A DNA stretch of 59,154 nt, the filler included, from Basidiobolus ranarum (taxonomy: Eukaryota), in assembly GCA_040143965.1 (NCBI GenBank). It is 5 parts of 5 records of this genome, joined end to end, with 100 filler letters (N's around TTAATTAATTAA, not from the genome) between each part and the next. Parts side by side here need not be neighbours in the genome. Positions count along the whole stretch, not along the records: positions 1 to 11,791 come from JASJQH010000588.1; positions 11,892 to 23,652 come from JASJQH010000589.1; 3 more parts are not named here. One strand, given 5' to 3'. Shown here one piece after another: positions 1-12,517 of the stretch (position 1 is its first letter; the number at the start of each line of letters is the position of its first letter). A program made the translations under genes and the position numbers. A model generated the notes under the pieces. The model searched no databases and had not been told where the DNA came from. It was given only the letters and a program-made list of their open reading frames with translations.

Positions 1-556
1 CGTATTGCTTAAGGAAAAGACAAAATGATTAATTGGGAAATCTTTGTATTAATGCACCAAAAACTGAGTGGAGAAAGGAGCAAGAATAACCGAATCTCAT
101 TACGCATATCCTCAAGACTAAGGGTAAATTCATATTTTAGTTAATAAATCAACAAGGTTTACTTTCCACATCAATTAATGCTGAGAAGTTAAGACATACT
201 CTAATTTAATCAAGTTAAATGATAGTTCAAAACGTTTCCCAATCAAGAGCTAAGCGAATCTAATCAAGGCCGAAACCTATACGGATACCTAAAGAGTTGT
301 TTATCACTTTATGCTTAAAAATAGCAATATCCTGCCTATTTATACTATTAATAGATTACTCCAATTTGTCTCAGAATTGATGGATCACAAATAAAATATT
401 TATTTTGGATTGCGACACGTTAATAATCTAAAGTTAGCAATAACCTAGATGTGATGATATGCAAAAAAATCTACAATGGAACGTGCCTATGATAATGGAG
501 TACTTGGTTGGTGCTACTATAGGAGAAGGGGGAGGATTAAAGACCATGAGGGAAAA

Positions 557-2054
557 TTAGTTTTGGCCACCACTAGGGTTGAGTATACTACGGAAGAAGC
601 CCGGACCATGCCAGATTCCTTTCAAAATGCCATTCCAATAAAACTCTGGAAGGACATGAGCAGTAAGTTGGTACATAGATGATCTCTCCTGTGCTTGGTT
701 GATAGGGAAGGTTTCAAGAGGCTTGGAGCTGTAGCCGCTAAATTCCGCAAGAATAAGTTTGTTTCTACCCGTAACTAATGGGCATGAAGTGTAACCATCA
801 TATTTGGCAGTTAATTCCTTGCCAGCCATCAATGACAATAAGTTACGTTTCACAACATGCGATTCAGAGGTAATCGCTGCTGCAGTCTTGCCAGTTGGAC
901 AGGAGGAGCAGTCACCAAGGGAGAAGATGTTCGAATATTTGGTGTGTTGAAGTGTAGCAGCATCTACATCAACCCAACCAGCCTTATCTGCAATAGGTGA
1001 TTTCTTGATGAAATCAGGTGCACCCATAGGGGGAGTTACGTGCAGGAAATCGTAGTTGTAAACTTTTTCTTCAGAGCCATTAGGGCCAGTTGTTTTAAAG
1101 ACTGCCTCCCGGTTATCAGCTCTGATCTCAGTAAGCTCAGTTGTAGTATTAACAGTGATGTCTCTTTCCTTGCAGATTTTAGATAAAGTCTTGGCATATT
1201 TTTCAATGCCGAATAATCTACCGGTACCAGTATTGTAAATAACATTAGCGTTTTCGCGGACTCCATTACGTCTGAATTGTTCTTCAGCCAAATACATGAT
1301 TTTTTGTGGAGCACCAGCACACTGGGAGAATGTTCATATTAGAACAATATTCATCAAAGCGTTAATTTCAGGTCTTACCTTGACGGCTGTACTAGGCATG
1401 GTAAAGATAGCATTTCCACCCTTGAAGTTGTTAATGAATTCCCAAGTGCGTTGAACACTATCAGCAGAGTAGTTGCTAGTTACACAATCTTTACCAAGTG
1501 CTTCCTTAAGTCCCTTAATATCACCCCAATTGGTCTGGATACCAGCGGCAACGACCAAGTAGTCGTAGCCAACCTTTTGACCGTCATTCAAGATGACCAT
1601 GTTCTTATCAGGCTCAAAGCCAGCTGCAGATTTTTGAATCCAATCGACATCTTTAGAGATCACATCTCCCATATCTCTCTTGGATTGATCGAAATCTTTG
1701 AGACCGCCACCGACGAAAGTCCACAAAGGTTGATACTAATATGGCTAAAGTTAGTTTTTGAATTGGGATATACTATAAGAAGAATGGTACATACATAGTG
1801 AACATTTGAAGGCTCGATAACGGCTACATTCTTACTACCAAGGATTTGCGATAAAGTTGAAGACACTAATGAAACGGATTCTGTTTAGAAGCATTTCGGT
1901 GGAACATTCAATAGATAAAGTATTTACCAGATAGGCCACCAGGTCCGCCACCAATAACTACTACTTTGTATGAGGAGTTAGCTAAAGTAGAGGCATGGCG
2001 ACGAGTGGAAAGAACTCGAGAATTAGGAATGCGGCCCAAGGTAGCTCTCAACAT
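557..2054 (-). CDS. SQOR: Mitochondrial sulfide:quinone oxidoreductase (SQR/Hmt2 family), 4 exons (~2054-1928, 1865-1795, 1735-1379, 1321-557)
   Basis: Arg-rich presequence MLRATLGRIPNSR; FAD motif VVVIGGGPGG; HYYQPLWTFVGGG; VKCAGAPQKIMYL (catalytic Cys); YDGYTSCPLVTG. GT-AG introns join the frames. Confidence 0.93.
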
Positions 2055-4284
2055 TGTAAAGTCCTTAATAATGCGAATGATGACTGGTTTAGTGCAAACT
2101 GGCAGCTTATATACATCCGAACCGGCAGAAAAAGAATATTAATCAGTAGCACATTGCGATGACAACGCGAAGTTGTCACAGGTTTTGCGAGTCGTAATTC
2201 TTCAACAGTCCATTTGCGCAATATGTCATCATATTTGTTATTGTGGGGTATGTAATAAAATCTAAGGTTGAAGTGGGGTCAGTTACAACATCTAAAAGCG
2301 GATGCCTCCGTAAAACTTTAAAAGGAATTGTGCTTAAACAGTTTTTCATTAATCTCCTAAATTGGTTCATGCAGTGAGGTAGTACACAGGAAAACATGGC
2401 ATAATTCCTTTTTTGAAGGAACGGTTGGGAGCATAGTGTACCCTACACTACCATAAAGCTAATTCAAACTGCAAGTAATGGTAGCAAATAATAGTATATA
2501 CAATATTAACCTTAGCTAAATCAAGGAAAAATTCTCACCGATTCACCAGTTACTTCAACAGAGTTATTGAAACTGTTTCTTTAATTGAACGGGCTAGACC
2601 AAGTCCATTCACGTGTATGTAGCGTTCTTTCTGAATGACTAAATACTACATAGTGGCATACATGTTCAAAGAAAACAACAGCGACTTTAATTCTATATTT
2701 GGTAAGTCAACGTGGTGAATGTATATTTCCAGTAGTGCCCAATATAAACACTTGGCCGACGTCTGGCTAAATCAGTCTACTAATTACTCCATTTCCGCCA
2801 CTGGATTGAAAGCAAATTTTGGATTTCTCCTAATAGATAAATAGGTAAGAGAGAAATGAGTTTAGAGTCAACTAACCACAGTATTCTGTCCATTCAACAC
2901 ATTCTACGTTTGTGCCAGAGTACTTGAAAGTGTACGTTGAAATCGACTTGATCGATGATTGTACTCTGTTATAACATGATCAACAAACAGTACAATTCTA
3001 TATAGCTTATCTTTTCCTTTTGGGTCTTGATTTAAGATTAAAAGAAATATGCTTTTTGACTCTCTTTTTTCTCCAAGAAGGTTGATCTGCATTGCAACCT
3101 GAAAATGAGTCAACTGTGACATACATATACACGAAAGGATTCAAAAACTGAGAATGATCAACTATGCTTATTTATTACAATATTAGTAATCTAAACCATG
3201 ATGGATGCTTCGGTAGGCAGTATGATGACCTACGTGGACAGCAACCCTCATGTGTGCCTGGATGAAATCAAGCAACTACCCATTCTAGTTTAGTTGCCGC
3301 TCATTACGCTCAGTGATTCCCTTGACTCGTCATTGCTATTCATGTCCCTCTCCTATTAAGTACCCTTTGCCCGATGTACTTGCCTCTAATTTGCATTGTG
3401 TTGTTATTAAGCACACCTTCCTTGAATATAACTTCGCTCGTATGAGAGGACCTTTGACCCAGTCTAGAAGCTATTATAGTCAAAATTTCACAGCTCTTCT
3501 AGAACGCCTATATGAACTGAGAAGATGAGACACTCGACTCAATCTTAATACCACTACACGAGATCCCACTTAGAATGTGTGACGATACCATCTTTATGAA
3601 GACAAAATAGGCCTTGAAATCTACTTATTCCACCCTGGGTTACTTCTGATGCAAGAAATATATTGATTATATTCGCACCAGAATTCTTGAAAATTGGATA
3701 GAAAAGATGATTAAAAAATGGAACAAATTAACCAAATTTAGCCTAGTTTCTTAGTTGAATTATTTACTTAATACTGCTTTAATACGTAATTAAATTATTG
3801 GATGGAGCGTATATTAGCTATATTAAAAGTGTATAATGCAAATGCTTAAAATAGTCATCTTACCAAATAAGGGATGTTGAGTAAACAAATTAAAACCTGT
3901 GGTTTTGATCTCATAATGCTGATTTATACTTCGCCCTTACTTTCGTGCTATGGGAGAGGGTCAAAGAGAAGTCAGATGGTTAGGTGTGTTATTCAATCAA
4001 TCTTTGGAACTCGATCAGTCAAACATGTAAGGATTCAAAACTGCATCGCTATTATGAAACGCGGGCCAATTGCTGATCAAACTCTCGTTACTTGCTAATG
4101 TAAGTACATTCATACACTAAAATGCATATACAACATGTCACATTATATGGGACCTTAATTAATCTTTGAGTATTTCGTTTCACCATAATTCATTTTTCAT
4201 GGTATAAATATCTGCTTAGATGAGGAATACATTGCTTCATTTCAGTAAAATCCCCCCTACTTTCCTTAACAAATTCCCTTTAAC

Positions 4285-4956
4285 ATGGTCTATTTCAGCT
4301 CTACAAGTCTAACATTGTTGCTTGGTGCAAGTTGCCTATCCGGAGGTGCTAACGGATTTAGCGTAGTGAATACTATCAAGCAGCAGGTCTTCAGTATGAT
4401 GGAGCTATCAATGCCACATCTAACTGAGCCAAATAGTCATTTCGCTGATGGAATACACAATCCAAATCCAAAGTGTCGTTCAGCGATCATCGATGCAGAC
4501 GAGAAATACCCAAACCTAAGTAAATGCTTCCCACAAATGCCGTTGTTCTTTGCAACGTTGGACGATGTATGTAAAACCGATTGCTTCCTAGATACCGTAG
4601 GCGGTTCAAAGTTGGTTTCAGAGAACTGCGACATTCTTGCATCAGCTTCAAATAGTCAAAGAGTCTATAACTCCTGGGCCAATAGTGAAGCAGCTAATGC
4701 AGCCTGTAAAAAGGTTGATTCTTCCTATTGTTTATCAAAAGTTATAAGAGCCGGTGTATCTTTGGAAAACGACGCAGTCCGGTCTGTTCCCTTACCACGG
4801 GAGGAGCTTAAGAAAGAAATATGTTTGCCATGTACTGAGGAATTCTATAAAGCAGTGAAAAAAGCGGGCTCAGAGCCAGTATTGTATTATTACCAAATAA
4901 TGCACGCAGATAAGTTGTTCAAGGCCTTTGAAGAGTATTGTGGTTACAAAGTTTAG
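4285..4956 (+). CDS. Secreted cysteine-rich protein of unknown function (223 aa, intronless)
   Basis: Hydrophobic N-terminus; about a dozen Cys including LDDVCKTDC and EICLPCT; TATA (gtataaa) near 4202. Confidence 0.75.
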   Translation: MVYFSSTSLTLLLGASCLSGGANGFSVVNTIKQQVFSMMELSMPHLTEPNSHFADGIHNPNPKCRSAIIDADEKYPNLSKCFPQMPLFFATLDDVCKTDCFLDTVGGSKLVSENCDILASASNSQRVYNSWANSEAANAACKKVDSSYCLSKVIRAGVSLENDAVRSVPLPREELKKEICLPCTEEFYKAVKKAGSEPVLYYYQIMHADKLFKAFEEYCGYKV

Positions 4957-5794
4957 CTGATGGGAGATTAATTTCAAACATAACTTCATTTCATACATAA
5001 CGACTATTTTGAATAAATTACTCATTTCGTCCATAACGATAATTTCAGATATGACTCAATGGCATGGTGCATTACGATGATTTTGAACATGTGGCTAAAC
5101 GGTTGTAAGCAACCCAGATTATTTGTCGCAAGAAATTTTACGCGATTCAATATATAAACAAGTATGCTACTGCTACTTATTGGACAGTTGTGATTATTTC
5201 TGTATCCATGATGGATGACAATTCGATGATTATTCTTGGCATTACATAAGTGTATATAATTAAGCTTCAAGAATGTGGCAAGCGCAAAGTAAACGTGATG
5301 CCGGATTGATTTTATTTATGCCGAACGAGATAACTCAATTTGCTAGTATGTGCATGATTGCAACTAATTTCAACCTCTATAATTAAGAGAGTTCTAATCC
5401 GTTTTGCCATCTAAGAGGTTATTTTTATTAATGAGATAATTGATAGGTTACTGAGATCTACCATTACAAATATACTAGATATCAAATACGCTAGATACCA
5501 AAATTTCATTAAGCTAATTATCCTTCAAACTGTAAACTAGGTCCATCTCTTTCCAAACCATAATGGATACCACCTCTTGGAGTGCATTTTACGTAAAAAT
5601 AGTTTGTTGGAGCAGCTGTCGACCCGATCGAGAATGCTTCACCAATAAGCGTCCTGATACTTACTCGCACTAGTAATCTTTTCACGTTTGGTGTAAAAAT
5701 AACTTCCTTCTAGATGAATCGTTACTGAAGCAAACATATAAAACGGAATTATGTCCATCGAAATATTCATACCATATCTCTCCAACTAGCAACT

Positions 5795-6751
5795 ATGATC
5801 AATATTGGACGCTCCCTTCTTTTAACTTGGGCTTCAGCACTTGTGGTACAAGCACAGGGGCCGTTGGTCACAAATGTCTTTCCTCTAGAAACTGTCACCT
5901 GGAATATTGCGACCGCCTTGGTTACTGGTACCATTTCTGCCCATACTCAGCGGGTTACAGTTAACGGTATAACTTATTCGGAGACTGTACCTGGTGACAC
6001 TATCACCGAGAATGATGGTCGTACTAACGTAGTTAGAACCATATCACCGGAAACCATCACAAGACAGATTCCTAGCTCAATTTTGGAGGCTTCTTTGAGG
6101 CTGGTCAGCATTACTAGAACTTTGGTTTCTTCGCATTTTACTGAAACGTTATTGCCCGACACTATAACTGAATCAGAACTTACAGGGGATTCCGCTTACC
6201 TTTATACCTTAACTGGTCCGATCAGCAATGGAGTGGCCATTGGAACGATAGTAGAGATATTGTCTTCAAGATCAATAATAAAAACCATCGATGGTCCCAC
6301 CGTGACCCATGTTATTGGGGAGGGAGATGAGATAGTTCTCACCAACAATGGTGTAGTTACAACTCAGTTTGCTAGTACTTCTCTCTACACAGAGTCTTTC
6401 GATTCAACACTTATAACCCGCGTCATCCCTACTTCTTCTATAACTCGTCAGGTTACTTTAACTGTTTCCACTCCATCCCCCTCGGGTAGTGTGAGTGGTA
6501 TCGAAAGTTCAAGAACTTTTCCCTCTACCCCGACTGTCACTTTTACTCAAGGAGTTACTGCTTCTACCACTATTGGATCAACGGTTATACAGACTTCCGT
6601 AGCCTTTTCTACAGTTGGTGCTCCACAATCTGGGTCAGCTTCTCAATCAGGTGGAACGAACACCAAATGCACTCCCATACCTACCAAAAATTCGAGCGCA
6701 TCCAAGTGTCACACCAAGGTGAAGCCAACCAAGTGCCATACAAAACATTGA
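5795..6751 (+). CDS. Secreted Thr-rich protein, paralog A (318 aa), with Cys/Lys/His C-terminal tail
   Basis: Signal peptide ending VQAQ; Thr/Val/Ile-rich; aligns by eye with 8502-9431; TATA (catataaa) near 5735. Confidence 0.85.
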   Translation: MINIGRSLLLTWASALVVQAQGPLVTNVFPLETVTWNIATALVTGTISAHTQRVTVNGITYSETVPGDTITENDGRTNVVRTISPETITRQIPSSILEASLRLVSITRTLVSSHFTETLLPDTITESELTGDSAYLYTLTGPISNGVAIGTIVEILSSRSIIKTIDGPTVTHVIGEGDEIVLTNNGVVTTQFASTSLYTESFDSTLITRVIPTSSITRQVTLTVSTPSPSGSVSGIESSRTFPSTPTVTFTQGVTASTTIGSTVIQTSVAFSTVGAPQSGSASQSGGTNTKCTPIPTKNSSASKCHTKVKPTKCHTKH

Positions 6752-7371
6752 TCTACCAAGTGGACAGATGCTTACTATATTTACCCCGTATCCTAAGTTA
6801 AAAAGAATGTTTTTGATCTCCAATATATTCTCTAATGGTTATCATCAATAAATTATTTACGTTAATAATATCGGTAAATCTATATATCCCGCATTTCATA
6901 ATGGTTATGGTTTCCAATCCCATCGAAGTGCTATTTTCTCCATAGAATCTATTCTTGTTGACACTTTTAAAAATCAGTACTCAAGTAGGAAAAATTGCTT
7001 TCTCTACTCCCTTCGGAGTTTCATCGGTTATGTAATGGAATTATGGTGGAAATGATCCACTCAAAATATACTGAATCTGCACACTATACTCCGATGAAGC
7101 ATACAAGGTATAGTTAGGAATTTGCGCTCGCATTAAACAATCCATGTATGCATCGAAGACAAAGCAAGTGGAAGAGGAAAGATTCTTCAATATGTCGCAG
7201 CTACCATTGATCAGTACATACATATGTGGATCGGAAGGGGTAAAGCAAGTGGGGGTGAGAGAGATGAACTTATAAGAATGTAGAAATTCTGCTGTTATCA
7301 AATATCATAGGCTAGCAATCTACACTCCACTTCATCTTATCCCATCTCAATAGAATAAGTCTAAATCAAAT

Positions 7372-8116
7372 ATGCTTTTAAAATCCATTTTGACCTTTTC
7401 TGCTGCTTTCATTTTTGCAACTGTGAGTGCTTTTTCTCCAGCAAGGTTGATCTGCATTGTAAACCGTGAGCGAGTTAGCCGAGGGCTCAGACCATTGGTG
7501 CTCAGCGGGTAAGTTTGTCAATGTTTGAGGAATATTTGGTTGGTAATGGATAGAGGGAAGGAAGGGAGAGAATGAAGAAGAGAAGTTATAGCATGTTAGA
7601 CATTCAACTAAAAACCCACCTCTTAATTGCAATGTTAGTGCGCTAAATGACGTTTGTCAGCGCCACTCACGCATGCAAGCTCAATACAACCGAATGACCC
7701 ATGATAGGTATGATCACTCCTCTATGGACAAGGCAATTAATGAACATGGCCTCAGGTGGACACAATATGGTGAGAATGTCGCACGTGGTCAGAGATCTGA
7801 AGAGAGTGTGATGCGTGCCTGGATGAACTCAGCACGTATGTATTCAAGCAACTGACCGTTCTAATTTACACTTATTGATCACTCCCTTGTCATTGTTACT
7901 CCCGCTCCTGCTCCTCTTCCACTAGTCCCCTTTAACCCGATTTACTTGTTCCAAGTATAGCATTAACTCTTATTTCATTGTAATTCAGCCCACCGTCGCA
8001 ACATTCTCAATCCTGGTTTCACTCATATGGGAGGAGCATTGGCTCAACCTGGAAACTATTGGACCCAAGGATTCGCAACCCTTCCAGGCCGTTGGAATGC
8101 GCCAGTGTGCCCCTAG
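7372..8116 (+). CDS. Secreted CAP/SCP (PR-1/YkwD-like) protein, 3 exons (~7372-7508, 7639-7836, 7990-8116)
   Basis: Signal peptide MLLKSILTFSAAFIFATVSA; VNRERVSRGLRPL; YGENVARGQRSEESVMRAWMNS-AHRRNILNPGFTHMG; YWTQGF. Donors GTAAGT and GTATGT. Confidence 0.88.
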
Positions 8117-8501
8117 ATGGACTCAGAGGATTGGCATGATATCTTCATACAATATACCATTTAGATTATGCAAGAGAGACAGAAACGATACCACCTCCAT
8201 GAGGATAAGGATAGACTAATTTTTTTACCCCATCCTAAAGAAATAAAGTGACACGTTTTGTATGCAATCTCGTCTACTGATAAGATTCTAAACCTTTTCT
8301 ATAAAATCTAGCTAAATAAAATTTACATGCATGAGCTTGACTAACTAACGGATTACTTTTTGACCGGAGTGAAGGGATTATAGGTAGGTAGCCAATGAAT
8401 GGCGGATTAGTTGTTTCAGTCATTTTATTTCATAATTTAATTTTAAGATAAATAATTTTGTGTAAGGTGATAGATTCCACATAGTTAATTGGAAGGAATA
8501 T

Positions 8502-9431
8502 CTAATCAAAAGTAGTGCACTTGGGCTTAGGAGTACATTTCTTGGGTTTGGTTGGGCACTTGGTAGGACCGGAAGTAGCAGATGAGCTGTTATTAGTGCT
8601 GGAAGTTACTGGTGTGGATTTAGAAGAGCTGTTGCTGGTGTTTGAAGTGGGCGATGGGCTGGACACAGGAGGACTGGATGTTGGGGCACTTTGAGTGACT
8701 GTAACAGTTGTTGTCGATACACTAACAGAAGCAGAGCTCGAAGGCTGGTTTGTCAAAGAGCCTGTGCCAATCGAGGTGGATACTGTTTCTTCAATGTTGC
8801 GGGTAACACGGGTAGAACCAAACGTTTCAAGAACAGTGATAGGATTATCATAAATAGTTGTCACAACCCCACTCTCTGTAGCAGTGACGGGATCACGATC
8901 ACCAACGATATAGGTGATTGTAGGTCCGGGTATAGTATTGATTTTTTGGCGGCGATCAAAGCTTTCGATCACTGTATATATATAGGAGTTCCCGAAAGTA
9001 GGGCCGGTGACAGTGTAGTAGTCGAGAAGCTGCCCACTTGTAGGTGTGTAAGTAGCAGTAGCTTGAAGCAAAGTTTCGGTTGCAGTTGAATAAAATAGTG
9101 ATCTAGTGATAGTTTGCTGAGGAAGGGATTGCACAATGGTCACATCTGGGTTCACTCTGGTAAAGGTTGCTCCAGGAACTGTTCGTGTAACAGTTTGGCG
9201 GCCATTTTTGTCAGTATATGTTGCATCTGCTACAGTGTCGGTGGTAACAAATCCAGAAACCGTATCAATTTGAGTGTGAGCTCGAATTGTTGCAGTAACA
9301 TACTCTCGATTAACTTCCCAGGTTACAGTTTGAAGTGGGTACTCAACAGTCACGGTAGATTGCCCATAGATTGAGACACTACATGAGAGGGCTAATAGAA
9401 AGAAAGCACCTTTTTGAACTTTGAGATTCAT
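8502..9431 (-). CDS. Secreted Thr-rich protein, paralog B (309 aa), with Ser/Thr linker and Cys/Lys/Pro tail
   Basis: Signal peptide; motifs shared with paralog A: PLxTVTW, TIxAHTQ, TETLL, YTxTGP, TIxGPT. Confidence 0.85.
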   Translation of the reverse strand: MNLKVQKGAFFLLALSCSVSIYGQSTVTVEYPLQTVTWEVNREYVTATIRAHTQIDTVSGFVTTDTVADATYTDKNGRQTVTRTVPGATFTRVNPDVTIVQSLPQQTITRSLFYSTATETLLQATATYTPTSGQLLDYYTVTGPTFGNSYIYTVIESFDRRQKINTIPGPTITYIVGDRDPVTATESGVVTTIYDNPITVLETFGSTRVTRNIEETVSTSIGTGSLTNQPSSSASVSVSTTTVTVTQSAPTSSPPVSSPSPTSNTSNSSSKSTPVTSSTNNSSSATSGPTKCPTKPKKCTPKPKCTTFD

Positions 9432-10311
9432 TATTTTAAATATCGGAGAAGGATTGATGTTGCTTGTTAGAGTGAGTTCGTTGTTAACTTTATACCTTTT
9501 CTACCGTACGCTATGACTATGATATATGTCTATTTTTATTAGCAGAGGGGACAGAATCTCCAAATTGTTAATATTTGAACGCCACTATTCCTTGGTTATC
9601 CTTCAGATGAGTTAAAATAATATTCTGTGCTTCATCAAAACTGAGAATACTCGGAATTGTCTATTTTTCATCCTTGGACAGTATCTTTGGTTTTCTGGAT
9701 AGCTGACTTAAAGTGTAACAGTATGATTGGTTGGTAACTACGAACTAATAGATATTACCTTGGAACGGCAAGTACCTGGGGTAGAGAGAGCAAACTGTAA
9801 CGAATATAAAACCAGAAACCCAAGCCAATCACGATTCGAGAGCAACCAGAATATCGGTTATTAATAACCTCGGATATAAAATTCATTAACCAGGTATTTA
9901 CCATTAACGGTCAGACATGGTATTATCCCTAATTGGAGAATACCAACTTACCCCAACCATTGAATATAGTAACTAGAAACCATCCCAAAAATATTCTCGA
10001 TTTTTAATTACTAAACAGGTATTAAAACCAGCGAATCATCGAGATATTCTGAATAAGGAAATTAGTGGATATTTGTTGCCACTACCTTTACCCCTACCAT
10101 TACCTGTCTCAGAGAGGTTTGGTATTTCATTCGTAACAAGCAAGCCAAATATAGACTTCTCCGAAGCTCTTGGTGATTCATGAAGCAAATAGTCATTTGT
10201 GAGTTTCATCAATGAGAGCTGGTTAAAGAAGTTAGAGTTCGATACTCCTGACCAAGGTTAAATTTATCATTCACGTACACAAGCAATGACATATGGACTA
10301 ACAGTTGAGAA

Positions 10312-10412
10312 ATGAGCAGTTGCTACTCTATATTTGAACCATGGTCTATGATGAGCAGTTGCTACCCTATATTTGAACCATGGTCTATGATGAGCAGTTG
10401 CTACTCTATATT
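10312..10412. repeat. Tandem repeat, ~39-bp unit x2.5
   Basis: atgagcagttgctactctatatttgaaccatggtctatg repeated directly. Confidence 0.85.
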
Positions 10413-10916
10413 CGCCAACTTGATTAGCTGAGCCATGCTATGAATCATCGCCTTTTCTGTACTTGATGTGGCTGGGTGAGTGTCAGGATATGCTTCAGCC
10501 TCAATTATAGCCTACTTCAAGTAGTTATTCTATATTCATCCGCTATTCAATTAAGTTGCTAATCATGTTTACGAATAGAACCAACAGCAATAGAAACAAC
10601 ATAGAGTTGAATAGCTGTAGTAAATGCCAAGGTAAATGGCAAATTAAATCCTGAAGTAACAGCTCTTCTTTCACGAAAATAACTTGGTATTACGTTAAGC
10701 AATTAGTTAAGTTATACCTACTAATTTCGCTAAATGTTGGCCTGTATGGACTGCCAAGATTTGGTATTTAGCTTTTTTGAATTTTATAGCCTATTCGTAC
10801 CGGGTATGGTCATATAGTGATGCATACCGGTAACTCCCGATAAATATGATGAATGTCGACAAAAGAGGCAGAAAATAAAGTCAGTAAAGATAAGTGGAGA
10901 CTACTAAGATAAGGAC

Positions 10917-10993
10917 TATTGTATTCAATATTAGGGTATGGATTATTGTGTTCAATATTAGGGTATGGATTATTGTGTTCAATATTAGGGTAT
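10917..10993. repeat. Tandem repeat, 27-bp unit x~3
   Basis: tattgtgttcaatattagggtatggat repeated directly. Confidence 0.85.
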
Positions 10994-11523
10994 GCTGAGT
11001 GAAACATATACTAAAAATCACGATTGGATTGTCACTTTAAATGATCACTCAAACTTCTTGGAATTACCCCACAAATACCCTCACTTTGAGAATAGCCATC
11101 ACAGTCCTTATCAAGAGGCAGGCTATTTTTGAGGTTTCGTAAGCAAGTTAGCAATAAAAATACCTAATAATATCCTGTGTTTATCTCGTATTCGTTAAAG
11201 TTAACAGTGAATAAGGTTTAATATTTTGTAGAGATGACATTAGAAATTGTGAATTTAGCCATAAACCAAATGCTGTGGATGTGGCAAACATGCGCTGAAT
11301 GGAGAAATAACTGGTGGTTTTTGCTTCTGGGTGAACAAGTCTACAGTGACAATGCGAACACTACTCACTGACAGTTCATAGATGAGGCGGATAGTGAGCT
11401 GACTGATAAAGAATATACTGTTATTATTTATCGCTAAATTTGTTCGAATAGATGGAATATACATGGTTTATATTTGGTAAGGTAGGTGCTTGTATTTAGG
11501 AAACAGAGAAAGCAATAGCACTG

Positions 11524-11595
11524 ATATTTTATGTTCATGAGGTTGAAATCGGAACAAATATATTTTATGTTCATGAGGTTGAAATCGGAACAAAT
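11524..11595. repeat. Tandem duplication, ~36-bp unit x2
   Basis: atattttatgttcatgaggttgaaatcggaacaaat occurs twice. Confidence 0.85.
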
Positions 11596-11791
11596 GTTTC
11601 AATGAAATCTAGATAAAGTTAATCAATATTCTTCAATTGAACAAACTTGGTTTAGTGATCTATAGGTTGGTGTATTCTTTGTTTTGATTTAGGTAAAGTA
11701 AATGAGATTTTAGAATTCGCTATTCAGATCAAATCTGTATTAGTTATCAGAGTGAAAGTTTCACTTTGCACTATTGGTATTGTATTCATGT

Positions 11792-11891
11792 NNNNNNNNN
11801 NNNNNNNNNNNNNNNNNNNNNNNNNNNNNNNNNNNTTAATTAATTAANNNNNNNNNNNNNNNNNNNNNNNNNNNNNNNNNNNNNNNNNNNN
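11792..11891. other. Assembly gap with artificial TTAATTAATTAA linker
   Basis: 100-nt N block containing a six-frame-stop linker; identical structure at all four gaps. Confidence 0.97.
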
Positions 11892-11977
11892 CCAATCCAT
11901 TCGTGGAAGGAAATGGGGCCCTTAGTGGTGTTGGCTTTGAAATCAGGTGCGACACTACCGAGACGAAGAGCAGACAT
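11892..11977 (-). CDS. Second 1-Cys peroxiredoxin copy; only the 5' end is visible before the gap
   Basis: Sequence matches 14528-14613 (MSALRLGSVAPDFKANTTKGPISFHEWI); upstream region homologous but diverged. Confidence 0.8.
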
Positions 11978-12517
11978 ATTGAGTTGGTTTGGGTTGTTAA
12001 GAACAGAGAATGTACATTCCAGACTGGCCCAGTCGCCTATTTATATAAGTATGGGCAGAGTCGATCTCAGTTGGGCTTAGCCACATCTCAAACCTTAATT
12101 CCGCATCAATTATTACACTATCTTTCTACTTTATTCGCTATCTCCACGCACTCATCACACCATAAGGTAGGAAATCCACTAAAATCAGCAAAATATACCC
12201 ATTTAGTCTACCAACTCATGAACTTTGCATAGCGTTATCGAAGAGCAAATATACCTAATTTACTCGTGTGATGGCGACATCTAAATCTTCTCGTTCTTTC
12301 GAAAACTCTAACAAATCAATGATGACCTCGCCAATCACGAATATCATCCAATTGTATAACAGCAACCACCTCATCGGCCAGTGAACTTATACTTGTTTCC
12401 ATAAATCGACTTTCATATTATGCCATATAATGAAGTTAAGGATTGGGTCTGAGACATCCGAATTCACGTCAGCAATGTTGTTATGTTAGACATATAGTTT
12501 ATATAATACAAAATAAG

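Noticed and set aside
3225-3530. IS630/Tc1-like transposase relic (YVDSNPHVCLDEIKQL)
   Set aside because: One short resemblance; no DDE motifs or TIRs found.
8691-9374. Cys/Ser-rich plus-strand ORFs (8691-9089, 9114-9374) and similar antisense ORFs over Prx, MurQ and PHO84
   Set aside because: Shadow frames of real genes on the opposite strand.
10810-11007. ORF with PYPNIEHNN repeats
   Set aside because: Translation by-product of the 27-bp tandem repeat; no other coding evidence.
10312-11595. Short direct-repeat arrays as a CRISPR array
   Set aside because: Units are head-to-tail with no unique spacers, there are no cas genes, and the context is eukaryotic.
11792-11891. TTAATTAATTAA palindrome within N runs (four times) as a biological motif
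   Set aside because: Identical, centred in 100-nt N blocks; an artificial six-frame-stop gap linker.
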